From NCBI GenBank assembly GCA_965217865.1, contig CBDCJO010000002.1, forward strand, positions 3,136,001 through 3,200,000: a DNA stretch of 64,000 nucleotides, written 5' to 3'. The stretch's first letter is position 1. Every line of letters begins with the position of its first letter. Shown here one piece after another: positions 20,942-32,681 of the stretch. Under the pieces are notes generated by a model. The model was not told the origin of the DNA, did not search any database, and worked only from the letters and a program-made list of their open reading frames with translations. A program made the translations under genes and the position numbers. Source of the stretch: Candidatus Latescibacterota bacterium. Lineage in GTDB: Bacteria; Latescibacterota; UBA2968; SICM01.

Positions 20942-20966
20942 CCAGGCTGACTCTCAAATTGCAACC
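20942..20966 (+). repeat. 25-bp direct repeat (copy 1)
   Basis: CCAGGCTGACTCTCAAATTGCAACC, identical at 53292-53316. Confidence 0.9.
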
Positions 20967-20983
20967 GGAAGGAAGTAAAGGAC

Positions 20984-21148
20984 ATGTCTGCCTACGAGTA
21001 TCAATGCCAGTCGTGCAAGAAAAGGTTCACCTTGACTTTGTCGATAGCTCAACACGAGACGGAACGAGTGAAGTGCCCCAAATGCAAAAGCACCCGCGTT
21101 CGTCAAGCCATCACCCCATTCTTCGCCCAGACCTCAAAGAAGAGTTAA
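20984..21148 (+). CDS. FmdB-family zinc-ribbon protein (54 aa; not in ORF track)
   Basis: MSAYEYQCQSCKKRF...VKCPKCKSTRVRQAITPFFAQTSKKS with AAGGA RBS. Confidence 0.8.
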   Translation: MSAYEYQCQSCKKRFTLTLSIAQHETERVKCPKCKSTRVRQAITPFFAQTSKKS

Positions 21149-22729
21149 GCTCCGAGAAATTCACTTTAGGTCAAAGCCATTGCACCACTACACGGAGTGT
21201 GCTCAACCGATTTTATCGCCATTTTGCCAGTCTCTCATGACGGACACCGGAGGCATCGAACCACCAACAAGACCATGGCTCATAAGATCCCCTGGAGCAC
21301 AGGATCCAACTGGCTACGAATCGATCCACACTTACATACGCCTGGCACACTACGGAATAGCCAGTTTGGTGACTACAGAGACGCCGCCACCTGGTCCGCG
21401 TATGAGAATCAGCTTCGCTTGGCCGACCCTGCCCCCGCTATTCTGGGTATCACGGACTACTTCGTTCCCAGAGGTTATAAGTTCTTCCGCCAGCATATCG
21501 AGGTCAAGTCTATACCTGGCCTACGGCTAGTCTTCGCAAACATCGAGCTTCGCCTAAATATCAAGACAGATAGGGGCAAAGCCTTTAACACCCACCTTCT
21601 AGTGTCACCCGATGATCCAGACCATGTCGCAACCATAGAGAGCAAACTGCATTCCCTGCACTTCCACTATGGCGGGCAGCAATTTGGGTGCACCGAGGAT
21701 GACATTCGGCGATTGGGGCGAGCCCATGCGAAAAATGACAAGATTGATGATGAAACAGCCCTCTATCAGGGAGCAAGGCAGTTCCTGGTTGAGTTCGGCG
21801 AGTTGCGGGAACTCAAGGATGATGCATGGATTGCAGACAATGTGCTGATTGCTGTAGCCGCTGGCGGTGATGGCCTCGGAGGCATTGCTACGGATTCTTC
21901 TTTCCACGCCCAACGAGAGGAGCTGGCGGCTGTTTCCGATATCATCTTCTCGGCGAATCCGGCGGACCGGCAGTTCTGGTCCGGGAATCACCCCGATTTC
22001 GCCGCGCGCGGCTATGTCTGCAAGCCATGCTTGAATGGCAGCGACGCGCACCGACTAGAGGATGTCCTAAGGCCGTCAGAGAGCCGCATCTGTTGGATCC
22101 GTTCTGAGCCGACTTTCGAGGGTCTACGCCAAATACTTGTCGAACCAGTTAGGCGCGTGCACATCGGCAGTGACTCACCTGGTGCCCCTCCGCAGGGGAG
22201 GATGATTCGGACGGTCAGATTCCAAGGTGCCCCCTGGGTTTCTCCGGGCGAGGTGACCCTCAACCCCGGTCTTGTGTCTGTCATCGGGGCGCGCGGCTCT
22301 GGAAAGACAGCGCTCGCCGACATGATCGCTCTTGCCGCCGATGCCACTGATCCGGTGCCAAGCCCGGCCTCTTTCCTCGACCGGGCGCGTCAGCACTTGT
22401 CGGACCTTCAGGTCCAGGTCGGATGGCACGATAACGGCGCGCAGGCTCGACGAGGCCGCTCCTGACTCCGAACCGCTTGTCAAGTACCTGTCTCAGCACT
22501 TTGTGGAGCGCATCTCAGCCGTCCAGCCCGCCCCAACACAGGCCGCGTGGGATGCAGGAACCAAAGAGCCTCCCTCAGATGAGTTGCTCAACGAGATTGA
22601 GCGCGTGGTTTTCGATGCGATTCCGACGGAAGACCGCCTAATGTGCGCATCATTCCGAGAGCTACGAGAGGATTCGCTCGCCCAGTACATCGCCGAGCTC
22701 AGCGCCCACAAGGAGAAAATCCGGTCAAC

Positions 22730-24294
22730 TGTATCTATTCTGAGATAACAAGAGAAAAGCAGATAAAGGTCCAAGCAAGATTCAGGCAGCCTTGTGGATG
22801 GTCTGGGATGTTCTTTGCCGATTGATTTCTATGCGGCGCTGCCGAGCCTCCTCCTTTCGACCTTGTCGGTGGTGAAGAATCTTTTGATGCTGGCCTTTAT
22901 GCCTCTGAAGAGGCGTGACATACTGTATTGCCCCGTGATAGCGTTCGGCGTTGTAGCTGTGAATGAAGGAATCAATCAGGCCTTCCAGTTGATGGAATGT
23001 GAAGATGTCCTGGAAGCGCAGCCAGTCGTATTTGAATGTCCGGAAAAAGGCTTCGATCCAGGCGTTGTCCGTGGGTGTTTGATATCGGGCAAACAGCTGC
23101 GAGATGCCCAGGTCCTTGAAGAATTGGGCCATCGATTTGGCCTTCATCTGAGATCCGTGATCTGAGAGGGCTGTCAAGCTTATGGGCCCAGTGTCCAGGT
23201 CCAGCAGTCCTTCGTTGGCAAGGGCTTGATCCCAGGCCTGTTTGACCTGCTCCACGGTCGCGTTGAAGGAGAGCTTCCATCCTACGATCTTCCTGGAATA
23301 CACGTCGAGAATGGCGGTAAAATACAGGAACAAACCGAAAAATGGGATGTAGGTCAGGTCCCAGCTCCAGACCTGATTAGGACCTTCAGGTTTGACCTGG
23401 GGCTTGCTCTGCTTGACCGGCGTCCTCACCTGTTTCCTGCGTGCCAGACGTTCTTTCCTGGCCTGTCGGTAGAAGCTGGAGGCCGAGGCCTGCACTACCC
23501 CCTTCTCTGAGGCTACCACCGCCAGCTGATGGGGAGGCAGATCGGCATAGGTCTCATCCCTTAAGAGGGCCGGGATTTGCTCTTTCTCCTCCCTCAGCAA
23601 TCCGTGTGGGGCCTCATCAGGGGCGGGCCCGGGCTTCCCATCCAAAAGCGGGTCCGACACCCCATCCAGCTTCTCTTCTCGATCTCGCCGGCTCCAGGCA
23701 CAATACCGCTGGAGGGGAAGCTGTAGGATCTCGCAAGAACGGGTGAGTTTCACCCCTTTCTCCTTGGCCCGATGGACCATTAAGAGGATCTCGCGTTTGA
23801 CCTCAGCTTGCACCCGGTGGCCCTTGATCGGGCCTGTCAGATCCCATTCACACTTTTTTTTAGCAGGGAAAGTTCCACAGATTGCTCAATGATCGTTTGC
23901 TCCAGGCGTGCCCGCTCTTTGCGCAGCTGCTCCACCTCCTCAGCCGATACCATCGGCTTGCGGCTCCGGCGACCCTTGAACTCCTTGAGGGCCCCGGACT
24001 TGACCGACTCACGAATACGCTTTAGATCCGAGGAATGAATGCCCCATTTCCGCAGCACCTGTGCAATGGGAACATCTCCCCGGCTGGCTTCAAGGAAAAT
24101 CTCATACTTCTGTTCCGGGGACAAGCTCCTGCGCTTCTTGACCGGGTCACTGTTTGAGGACAGTTGCTCCATCTTTACTCCTCCTGTGAGGTCAGGGATA
24201 TCCCAAAATATGTATCCCTTCTCAACCCTACAGGCAACCAGGATCTTGCTTCGACCTTGCCCCCGTTTTTTCGGGCGATCTCAGACAAAAGATA
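22730..24294 (-). mobile_element. IS3-family element, full copy 3
   Basis: orfA 23837-24172, orfB 22782-23813; TSD CAAC. Confidence 0.95.
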
Positions 24295-24521
24295 CAACCA
24301 CACTTGAAGTCGCTAAAGAGCAGCAGCTCTTTCGGATGCTCCCTACTCTCCGCTTACGGGCGAAGGAGGTAGCCCACAGTCGCTCATTACTCGATCAGAC
24401 CCTGAAGGCACTTCCGTTGCAGGCTGACCCACGCCTCGTGCAGGCCCACGAAGCCGCAAGAGATCGGTTACATAGGCTAGAGCAGGCAATCGCGAATGAG
24501 AAGCGCAAGGCGCACAGGCTG

Positions 24522-25345
24522 AGAAGCTGGAGGCCGAGGCCTGCACTACCCCCTTCTCTGAGGCTACCACCGCCAGCTGATGGGGAGGCAGATCGGCATA
24601 GGTCTCATCCCTTAAGAGGGCCGAGATTTGCTCTTTCTCCTCCCTCAGCAATCCGTGTGGGGCCTTATCAGGGGCGGGCCCGGGCTTCCCATCCAAAAGC
24701 GGGTCCGACACCCCATCCAGCTTCTCTTCTCGATCTCGCCGGCTCCAGGCACAATACCGCTGGAGGGGAAGCTGTAGGATCTCGCAAGAACGGGTGAGTT
24801 TCACCCCTTTCTCCTTGGCCCGATGGACCATTAAGAGGATCTCGCGTTTGACCTCAGCTTGCACCCGGTGGCCCTTGATCGGGCCTGTCAGATCCCATTC
24901 ACACTTTTTTTTAGCAGGGAAAGTTCCACAGATTGCTCAATGATCGTTTGCTCCAGGCGTGCCCGCTCTTTGCGCAGCTGCTCCACCTCCTCAGCCGATA
25001 CCATCGGCTTGCGGCTCCGGCGACCCTTGAACTCCTTGAGGGCCCCGGACTTGACCGACTCACGAATACGCTTTAGATCCGAGGAATGAATGCCCCATTT
25101 CCGCAGCACCTGTGCAATGGGAACATCTCCCCGGCTGGCTTCAAGGAAAATCTCATACTTCTGTTCCGGGGACAAGCTCCTGCGCTTCTTGACCGGGTCA
25201 CTGTTTGAGGACAGTTGCTCCATCTTTACTCCTCCTGTGAGGTCAGGGATATCCCAAAATATGTATCCCTTCTCAACCCTACAGGCAACCAGGATCTTGC
25301 TTCGACCTTGCCCCCGTTTTTTCGGGCGATCTCAGACAAAAGATA
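24522..25345 (-). mobile_element. IS3-family element, partial copy 4 (left half)
   Basis: IRL, orfA and orfB up to VQASASSF. Confidence 0.9.
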
Positions 25346-26284
25346 GAATGCCTACCAGGGTGTCTTCGAGTCCTTTGAAAAAGAGGAGGAAACCCTGAAG
25401 AGCTTGTACGCGCCGTTCCATGATCGCCTGGCGGGCGACAAGAACCTTGAGAAGCTCTCTTTTTACGTATACCGGCATGTTGATGTCTCCCCTTGGGCAG
25501 ACAAAGGTGAGGAACTGGTGGACCTTAGACGTCCGCCTTTCGCGGGCCGCGACGCGCTCGAAACGGAAGCTAGGGAACGCCTCCTCGCAGTCTGGCAGAG
25601 CGGTACTCCCACAGAAGCTCGCGAAGCGATGAGCCGCTTCGTCGCCGATAACGCAGACACCGCGCTTTCCTCTCTTGTCGCGAGCGCCAGCCCTCTGGAC
25701 CTTGGGCAGTGGCTGTTCTCCACCGATCACATCAAGGTCCGGTACGGCATCCGGTACGAAGGAGTCGATCTTGAGCGTCTTTCTCCAGGCGCCCGTGGGG
25801 TTGTGCTGATCACACTTTACCTAGCAATCGACAAGTCTGATGACCGTCCACTTCTGATTGACCAACCTGAGGAGAACTTGGATCCCAAGTCTGTATACCA
25901 GACTCTGGTTCCCTTCTTCCGCGACACTGGCCTCCGTCGACAGATCATCATCGTGACTCACAATGCTAACCTTGTCGTCAACTCGGACTCGGACCAAGTG
26001 TTGGTGGCTGAGGCCGAACGGACTGACCCGGGATCGCTCCCAAACATCCGCTATTTGGCAGGCGGCATAGAGGATCCCAAGGTAAGACGCTTGGCTTGTC
26101 AGTATCTCGAGGGTGGCGAGGAGGCTTTCAGGCGACGCGGTGAGCGATACGGGCTGGCACTTGGAGCCTACCAGGCCTCCACTGAACCAGATTGACCGCC
26201 ATAAGGATCGGATGCCGACAGGATGCCATCCACCTTCCCGACGGCAAGGATCGGACCACATGGCATTCCCTGGGCGAAGCCTCC

Positions 26285-26476
26285 AGGCTCAAAGCTGCTC
26301 AAGCCCGCATCCGTGCCCGCACCCGCCGTCTGATCCTCATCGGCTCCTACATGGAGCACGTCACCCAGACCGATCCCGACCGCAAGGCCCGCCTCATGAA
26401 GGGACTCGATGGCTTCCTGGAACGGGAGCGTGATCGAGAACTCTTCGACTTACTCCAAAAGGGGTCTTCCCAATGA
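26285..26476 (+). pseudogene. Plasmid mobilization accessory protein (MobC-like) fragment
   Basis: RTRRLILIGSYM...LDGFLERERDRELFDL. Confidence 0.6.
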
Positions 26477-26733
26477 TCGAGGTCATCGTGTGCTTGTTGC
26501 CTGACGTCATCAATTCCGCAGGTCTGGCTTTTGATATCGGCGGCGTTATCCTTCTGTTTCGCTATGGGTTGCCGGCGGAGGTTAGTAAGAGTGGCGGGAC
26601 CCGCCTAGAGTGGGGGAACCCTGACAGTGAGCAAGAGCAGAGGAAGTGGAAGCGCTACAAGAGAAGATCTAATTGGGGGCTCTTCCTTCTTGTTTTGGGC
26701 TTTTTTCTTCAACTCGTTAGCAACTGGCTATAG
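26473..26733 (+). CDS. Small hypothetical membrane protein
   Basis: Two TM helices; INSAGLAFDIGGVILL..GLFLLVLGFFLQLVS. Confidence 0.65.
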   Translation: MIEVIVCLLPDVINSAGLAFDIGGVILLFRYGLPAEVSKSGGTRLEWGNPDSEQEQRKWKRYKRRSNWGLFLLVLGFFLQLVSNWL

Positions 26734-26996
26734 CTCCTAGTACACCCTGACACCTAAAACTTGGGATATAGCTTCTTCAGTTTGATGCGGGCGTCGGTGG
26801 TCGTGAACTGCCAATCAACGGTTCTGTGTTTCTCGTTTCGATCACATTTCCAGGCCTCCACCTGGTTGGTGAGGGTCTGCAGGTCAGGAATGCGGCTGTG
26901 CAGGCATTGTCTGGCAAGGACGCTCAGTTCGATCTCAGCGATATTGAGCCAGCTACCGTGCTTGGGCGTGTAGTGCAATTCGAGGCGTTTGGCTAG

Positions 26997-28829
26997 ACCT
27001 AAAATAAGCGAATAGGCTTGTTGAGCGGTGTGTTATACAAGATTTCGGAGCATTTCAGACTTGTGACTTGGTGGAGATGATGTCTGGGCTGTTTTTGTGA
27101 TTGTTTCGGCATGCGATTGTCTAATTAACTGAGTTTGCGGACGTGTTTTAGCCGGGGTGGACGGACTTGTCCCTGTGATGTTACGACGACAGGTGCTGAC
27201 ATGGCAGTCAGGCCGGTTTGAGCCATCTGATTCTGTTCCAGGCCGGGAAGAAGTCAGTCATCCACCGGTTGTAGCCCAAGACACGATAGATGATCTGTCT
27301 TCCCCGGGTCACGATCTGGCAAGGGATCCAGATCAGATTCTGGAGGAAGGCGCGAAACTCCATTCTCAGAAGTTGATCGCGACGCTCACGCTTTCGGATC
27401 ATCAACGCGAACCAGGCTTTGAGGTTCCACGCCAGGGCGGTCATGACCATGTAAGCCCAGTTGCTCATCAGGTTGTCGACGGGCATCCGCATGGCGTTGA
27501 CCCCGTTCTTGAGTTGTTCAATCACGTTTTCCTGATCGCACCGTCGATTGGCCAGCCTCACGATTTCCGCGGCCGTAAGATCTTTTCGGGTGGTAATGTA
27601 GAAGAAACAGCGCTTGTCATCGAACAGGGCGTTTTCGCCGCGTTCGACGCTCAGGTTCTTTTCGAGGATCACGAGTCGACAGGTCTTCTTGCATCGAGCA
27701 GGACGATACGAAACCCCGGCAACACGTTCACTGGCAAGTCGGATGTTTTTGAAGCCGCGCTCCCGGATGATCCGGGCTTTCACGTTCTCGCGTTTCTGTC
27801 TCTGGGAGGTTTTGACCTGGTATTTGGGTTGTCGTTCAAAGGGCTCCCAATCGCTCTGTGACAGGGATTTGGCGATCTTGACCAATCCCCGGTAAGCATC
27901 CATGCCGAAGACGAAGTCGACCTTTTCCGACCAACGATCGAAGTGCCGGGTGAGTGAGAAGCCGGTGTCTCCGCGCAGGCAGATGCGTTTGGCGAAAGGG
28001 GCGACCAGCGCGATGGCGCGATCGATCCACTTTACGGCACCGTCGTGGCTGGGCACATGGCCGGGTCGATTCACAAGAAACAACACCTCCCTGGTGTTCG
28101 CCAGAGAGACCACGAGAGGATGGTATCCCCAGATACCGTTGTATGACAGGGCCATGCCCTGCTTGCGTTCTCCGAGGGTGGTGGCCAGGGTGCCGTCGAT
28201 GTCGATGAGGGCTTCTTTGAGTTCGCCCCTGGCGCGCTTTTTCCAGATCCGGGTGCGCACCCGGTTGATGCAATCCATCAACGTCTCGATATCCGATGGC
28301 CGGAAACGACGTGTAAAGTCGCCTGCTGTGGCCGGATCCGGGAGACGCTGAGCGCCCAAAGCGTTCAGGAACGTGGCATCCTGCCGGCGCAGCTCAATGT
28401 CTTCAAGGCGTTGACCACCAACCAGCGCATTGTAGGCGATGTTCAGAACGTGGTCTGATTCGTGACAGGGCAAATGCACTTTCAAAAGATGAAGATGACG
28501 GTCAATCTCTTTCACCAGCCCAACCCTGCGGACCAGGTGGTGAAACGCGCCGATCCCCCCACACGTGATCGCCTCGGCCTTCCCACTTATCTCGTAGTGG
28601 ATGTTTCCCCCAGACATCATAGGCTTGACCTGACTGCACCACTGCTTCCGACGCAAACGACGGACAATTCGTGCTTCCCTGTTCCGAAGAATCTTCCTGT
28701 ATTCTCTCATCTGAAATGCCCCTTTTGATGGCCTCTTTTTGTCTTTCACACTACAACTATAGGCCTGAAAACTGGGGCATTTCAACTTTTTTCTACTAAA
28801 ACCAAGAAAAATTCACGCTTGTATAGGGG
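26997..28829 (-). mobile_element. IS1380-family element, complete
   Basis: CTAG duplicated at 26993-26996 and 28830-28833; imperfect TIRs. Confidence 0.9.
27208..28785 (-). CDS. IS1380-family transposase (likely start 28710)
   Basis: IDIDGT, GYHPL, LRGDTGF, RCDQENVIEQLKNG, SNWAYM motifs. Confidence 0.9.
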   Translation of the reverse strand: MKCPSFQAYSCSVKDKKRPSKGAFQMREYRKILRNREARIVRRLRRKQWCSQVKPMMSGGNIHYEISGKAEAITCGGIGAFHHLVRRVGLVKEIDRHLHLLKVHLPCHESDHVLNIAYNALVGGQRLEDIELRRQDATFLNALGAQRLPDPATAGDFTRRFRPSDIETLMDCINRVRTRIWKKRARGELKEALIDIDGTLATTLGERKQGMALSYNGIWGYHPLVVSLANTREVLFLVNRPGHVPSHDGAVKWIDRAIALVAPFAKRICLRGDTGFSLTRHFDRWSEKVDFVFGMDAYRGLVKIAKSLSQSDWEPFERQPKYQVKTSQRQKRENVKARIIRERGFKNIRLASERVAGVSYRPARCKKTCRLVILEKNLSVERGENALFDDKRCFFYITTRKDLTAAEIVRLANRRCDQENVIEQLKNGVNAMRMPVDNLMSNWAYMVMTALAWNLKAWFALMIRKRERRDQLLRMEFRAFLQNLIWIPCQIVTRGRQIIYRVLGYNRWMTDFFPAWNRIRWLKPA

Positions 28830-28923
28830 CTAGAGAACGGGCCTTTTCGGGTGGGAAGGCCTTGTAGAGAGATGCGATGGTGTGAGTACTGAGATTGTCG
28901 CAGACCAGCACCACGACTTGCGC

Positions 28924-29150
28924 GTGCGCGACCTGACCGGTGCAGAATCGAGAAGACTGACAGGGTGGTTACGGAATTCCCGTAACGGGATTCAGATGCG
29001 CAGAGCTCAGATCATTGCCTTCAGTGGTCAAGGACTGCGTGTTCAGGAGATTGCTGCCAATCTCGAGATGAACGAGGAGTATCTCCGGGAACTGATTCGT
29101 AACTTCAACGACGAGGGCTTTGATGCACTTCGCCAGAAATCTCAATCCGG
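28924..29150 (+). pseudogene. IS630-type HTH N-terminal fragment
   Basis: VRDLT..RRAQII..IAANL..RELIRNFNDEGFDAL. Confidence 0.65.
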
Positions 29151-29318
29151 TCACCTATCTCGTCTATGACGGCGCCTGTGGCACCGGCGGGATGCTGACC
29201 GTTGCCGAAGAGACGCTCGTCAAGCTCGCCGCAGAGAACGGCAGGGAGGTGTCTGTTCGCCTCTACGGACAAGAGGTAAACCCCGAGACCTTCGCCATCA
29301 GCAAGGCCGATCTCATCC
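29150..29318 (+). pseudogene. hsdM: Type I methyltransferase internal fragment
   Basis: TYLVYDGACGTGGMLTVAEE...LYGQEVNPETFAISKADL. Confidence 0.8.
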
Positions 29319-29890
29319 TACAGGCTAACAAACTACGATGGGAGATAAGAAGAGAGAGGAGACAAGAGGAACGAGCCTTTTACCGGCGCTTCTCAAGGAA
29401 GTTCAACATTGCCTGGCCTAAAGGATTCGCATCAATGTCCAAGGAGATGAGACAAAAGTACGAGGCGGAGTATGCTATTTCCGTTGCCAAGTACCACACT
29501 GAATACCACCCTCGACTTAGAGTCCTCTATCTTGAGCGGCGTAACAAAATTCAACATCGGTATCATTTGGTCAGAATCCTATCCGCAATAACACCAATAG
29601 GAGCGGCAAGCTTTTCGTCCATGGATCTAGCTCGTACGGGATTGATCCAGCAAGCAAGACTTGAAGCGGCGTTGGACACTTACCATAATTACTTTGCGAT
29701 GTTCATTCGAGACAAGAGCACTCAACATAATCCTGACTTAAGCGAGTTCACCTGGTTTGACTTTGATTACCATGAGACCTTGGCGGAATGCCTCGGACGT
29801 ATCAAGTTCGATGTGCTTGTTTTGGCATTGTTGGCGGCACTGGGAATATGCGGCGCTTATGTTTCGATTCTGAAATATGATGTTAGATAA
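29319..29890 (+). pseudogene. ABC-2-type permease C-terminal half
   Basis: SAITP..MDLARTG..PDLSEF..ETLAE..AYVSILKYDVR. Confidence 0.7.
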
Positions 29891-30097
29891 GGGCGACACC
29901 TCTATGGGAATTATCTAGGGCTTTGTCAAGGAAAAAGACAGAGTGAATAGTATTGCATTTTTACATGATTTCCGTTACGTGGCTATAGGAAGGGATTGGG
30001 GATACTGTCAGCATTATGGAAATCCGGACTGGAAAACGAATGGTTGAAAGTTCAGAACACGAAGGAAAGATTAACAGCGTTAGTTTTTCCCCAGTGA

Positions 30098-30429
30098 GTG
30101 CCTGGACAATCCCTCCCTGGCGAAGGGCACATCCACGGTCTTTGCTTCCGTATACTGACGGAGGTGACCCTCCCACGCCTTCTTGTACATGTTCAGGATG
30201 GCATCCGGACCTCCAAGGGTGTGGAGGAGGGACCAGCCGGGTTAGATTTTCGATGGCATCGTCCGGTCCGTCATCCCCGCCCCAGCGGGGAACACAGATG
30301 AGGTAGCCGCGCTCGTCGAAATAACGTTCGAAGAACTCTTCACAAGCCAGGGTCTGAGCTCGAATCAGCTCCCTTTCTAAGAGGGCCCAGGAAGGGGGAG
30401 AGGTTGGCGTCTCTATCGAGAGGATCATC
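30098..30429 (-). pseudogene. Conserved hypothetical protein, N-terminal fragment
   Basis: PPSWALLERELIRAQTLACEEFFERYFDERGYLICVPRWGGDDGPDDAIEN, then a frameshift. Confidence 0.5.
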
Positions 30430-30553
30430 TTGACTTTTCCTCCAATCTTTTTATACAAGGTCAAAGCAGAATCAGTAACTGAAAAACGCACGAGATTCTA
30501 TGGATGTCAAGATAAATTCGCCTGTTTCACATGATTATTAGGGTATTTTAGGC

Positions 30554-30582
30554 TTGACTTGCTTTTGGATCTCGAATATGTT
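30554..30582 (+). promoter_or_regulatory. Putative sigma70 promoter
   Basis: TTGACT-N17-TATGTT upstream of the ABC ATPase. Confidence 0.45.
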
Positions 30583-30684
30583 TTCGGTTCTGAAATTATC
30601 GAGGCCGCAGGACGTCTCTTGCGGCTTTCTGTTTGTGATCAGTTACAGGTGAAGGTAACTTACAGACCCTAGGAGAAAAGAGAG

Positions 30685-31527
30685 GTGGATGACCTAACAA
30701 ACACTCCCGCAGTTTTTTGTAAAGACGTGAGCAAGCACTTTGAGGAGCGGGATGAAGACGGGGTTCCATCGGGGTTGAAGGGTTTGTTCAGGAGGGGGGC
30801 AAAGAGGCGGGTAACCGCGGTGGACCGGGTCAGTTTTTCCATACAAAGGGGTGAGATTTATGGGGTTCTGGGACCAAATGGCTCTGGAAAATCGACCCTT
30901 GTCCGGATGCTATCCACGCTGATCATTCCGGATGAAGGGGAGATCAGGATTTTCGGACAGGACGTGATGGCCGACTCCCTGGCCGTTCGTCGTAACATTA
31001 ATCGGATTTCGGTGGATGCGGCTTTCTTCAAAAAACTTTCGGTATGGGAGAACCTGAGCTACGTCGCCAGGTTGTATGGGATCCCTCGGACGGAAGGGAG
31101 GGACCTTGCTGCGTCAATTCTGGAGGAGTTGGGTTTCTCGAGGGAAAGGATGAGCCGACGCGTCGAAGCCCTTTCCCGAGGGATGCAGCAAAAGGTGGCC
31201 ATAGCCAGGGCGCTATTCACTTCGCCTGCCCTGTTGCTGATGGACGAACCGACCACGGGGTTAGATCCTTTGTCCAAACGACAGGTCCAGGACTACACGC
31301 TCAGGGTCCGTGATCGACACGATGCGACAGTGCTCCTGACCACGCACGACATGAACGAGGCGGAGCGGGTCTGTGACCGAATCGCCGTGATTCACGAAGG
31401 CCGATTCGTTGTCCAGGGAACACTTAAGGAGCTCAGAGATCGGGTCGGTAAGGAAGAGGCATCGATGGAGGAGATCTTCATCGAATTGACGGGTAAGGAG
31501 CTGGTGGAGCTGGATGAGGAGGAATAA
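30685..31527 (+). CDS. ABC transporter ATP-binding protein
   Basis: GPNGSGKS, LSRGMQQK, LLMDEPT, TTHD. Confidence 0.95.
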   Translation: MDDLTNTPAVFCKDVSKHFEERDEDGVPSGLKGLFRRGAKRRVTAVDRVSFSIQRGEIYGVLGPNGSGKSTLVRMLSTLIIPDEGEIRIFGQDVMADSLAVRRNINRISVDAAFFKKLSVWENLSYVARLYGIPRTEGRDLAASILEELGFSRERMSRRVEALSRGMQQKVAIARALFTSPALLLMDEPTTGLDPLSKRQVQDYTLRVRDRHDATVLLTTHDMNEAERVCDRIAVIHEGRFVVQGTLKELRDRVGKEEASMEEIFIELTGKELVELDEEE

Positions 31528-31633
31528 AGACCGTGAAGCGTGATTGCCGGGGTTAGAGGGTAGGGGAATTTGGACCCCTTCGATACGCTCCTCGAAACTT
31601 GGACTTAATGTACATTATGAAAGGGGGAAGTGG

Positions 31634-32135
31634 ATGCAATCTCTGGTGGATGAATTGAAGGCCTCTATGGCCTTCGTGGAACGAAATTTCAACCTTGCGA
31701 AGCGCTATGCCCATATGGAAGTGGTGTTGGTCGTTTGGAACGTCGTACATGTCCTCACCATCGGCCTGATTGGAAAGTTTATGGGTGGAGATGATCCGGC
31801 CAAGGTCCAACACTTCATCCTGTTTCTGATCGTCGGTGCGGTGTTTTGGAGTTTTCTCAGGCTGCTGTTTTTCGAGACCGCTGATGCCGTTGCCTGGGAG
31901 CGGTGGGAGGGTACGATCGAATTCACATTCATGGCGCCGATATACAGAATGACACACCTCGTGGGGCAATGCAGTTATGCGATTATTTATGGCATTTTCC
32001 GTGCGCTCATTGTTCTGGTGCTTGCGACGTTATTTTTCGACCTGAGTTTCGGAGGGGCGGACTTGGTACTGGCGGGGTTAGTTCTGGTTGTGGGAGGATT
32101 CTCTTTTCTTGGGCTGGGCTTGATCGCGGCCACTG
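31634..32135 (+). pseudogene. ABC-2 permease, 3'-truncated
   Basis: AFVERNFNLAKRY..WERWEGTIEFTFMAP with TM helices; fused to an opposite-strand fragment. Confidence 0.8.
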
Positions 32136-32486
32136 TATCTTCACAACCGGAAACATCGCGCCCTTGGGGTTTGGGACCAGATGCACCGCACAGTGAAATG
32201 ATGGGTCACAATAGTTCCGGACGATCCCGTTGACTAGGTCCTGGTTGTATCGATCCAGCGTGGCGGGGCGGTTTGCGACCTCCGCCATACCCTCGCCGGT
32301 TTCTTCGAATCCCAGCACAATGAAACCACCACCGTGATTCGCAAGGGCCAGGGCCGCTTTCGCGAAAGTTGCTTTATCGTTGTTATCACCTTTCAGGTCG
32401 AGCCAGTTCTTTACCTCCAAATCGAGGTCCTCACGAAGGTCGACAAGCAGATCTGCAAGGCGTTCAGAGGTGATTTCTAGAGGCAT
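32136..32486 (-). pseudogene. Schlafen/AlbA_2 domain protein N-terminus
   Basis: REDLDLEVKNWLD..AKAALALANHGGGFIVLG. Confidence 0.8.
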
Positions 32487-32577
32487 TTCGTAAGCTAACC
32501 ATTAAGCACAGCACCCCAAAGTAGCGTGCGTGTCTGCGACGTGGATTTGAATCGCTTACCACCAGGAGGACCCTGAT

Positions 32578-32680
32578 ATGCCGATGAAGAATCCACCCCC
32601 ATCGGGGCCTGTCCGTCCGTCACGACTGCCTGGAGCCGCTGGGACTCAGCGTGACGGACGCCGCAAAGAAGCTCGGGAGG
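32578..32680 (+). pseudogene. HigA-type antitoxin 5' fragment
   Basis: AGGAGG RBS, MPMKNPP../HDCLEPLGLSVTDAAKKLG. Confidence 0.65.
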
Positions 32681-32681
32681 A

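Larger units (their letters stand above)
21275..26195 (+). pseudogene. PHP-domain + AAA ATPase (TrlF/Ppl-like), interrupted by two IS3 copies
   Basis: WLRIDPHLHTPG, GSDAH, GARGSGKT, LSPGARG, LLIDQPEENLD, VTHNANLVVN; pieces 21275-22729, 24295-24521, 25346-26195. Confidence 0.85.
26737..28923 (-). pseudogene. IS630 3' part, interrupted by IS1380
   Basis: HYTPKHGSWLNIAEIE; near-identical to the 3' part of the IS630 at 62580-63724; end CTAGTACACCCTGACACC. Confidence 0.85.

Noticed and set aside
20942-20966. 25-bp repeat as a CRISPR-like repeat or IS terminus delimiting captured fragments
   Set aside because: Only two copies found by eye, and it reads as the coding tail of one split gene
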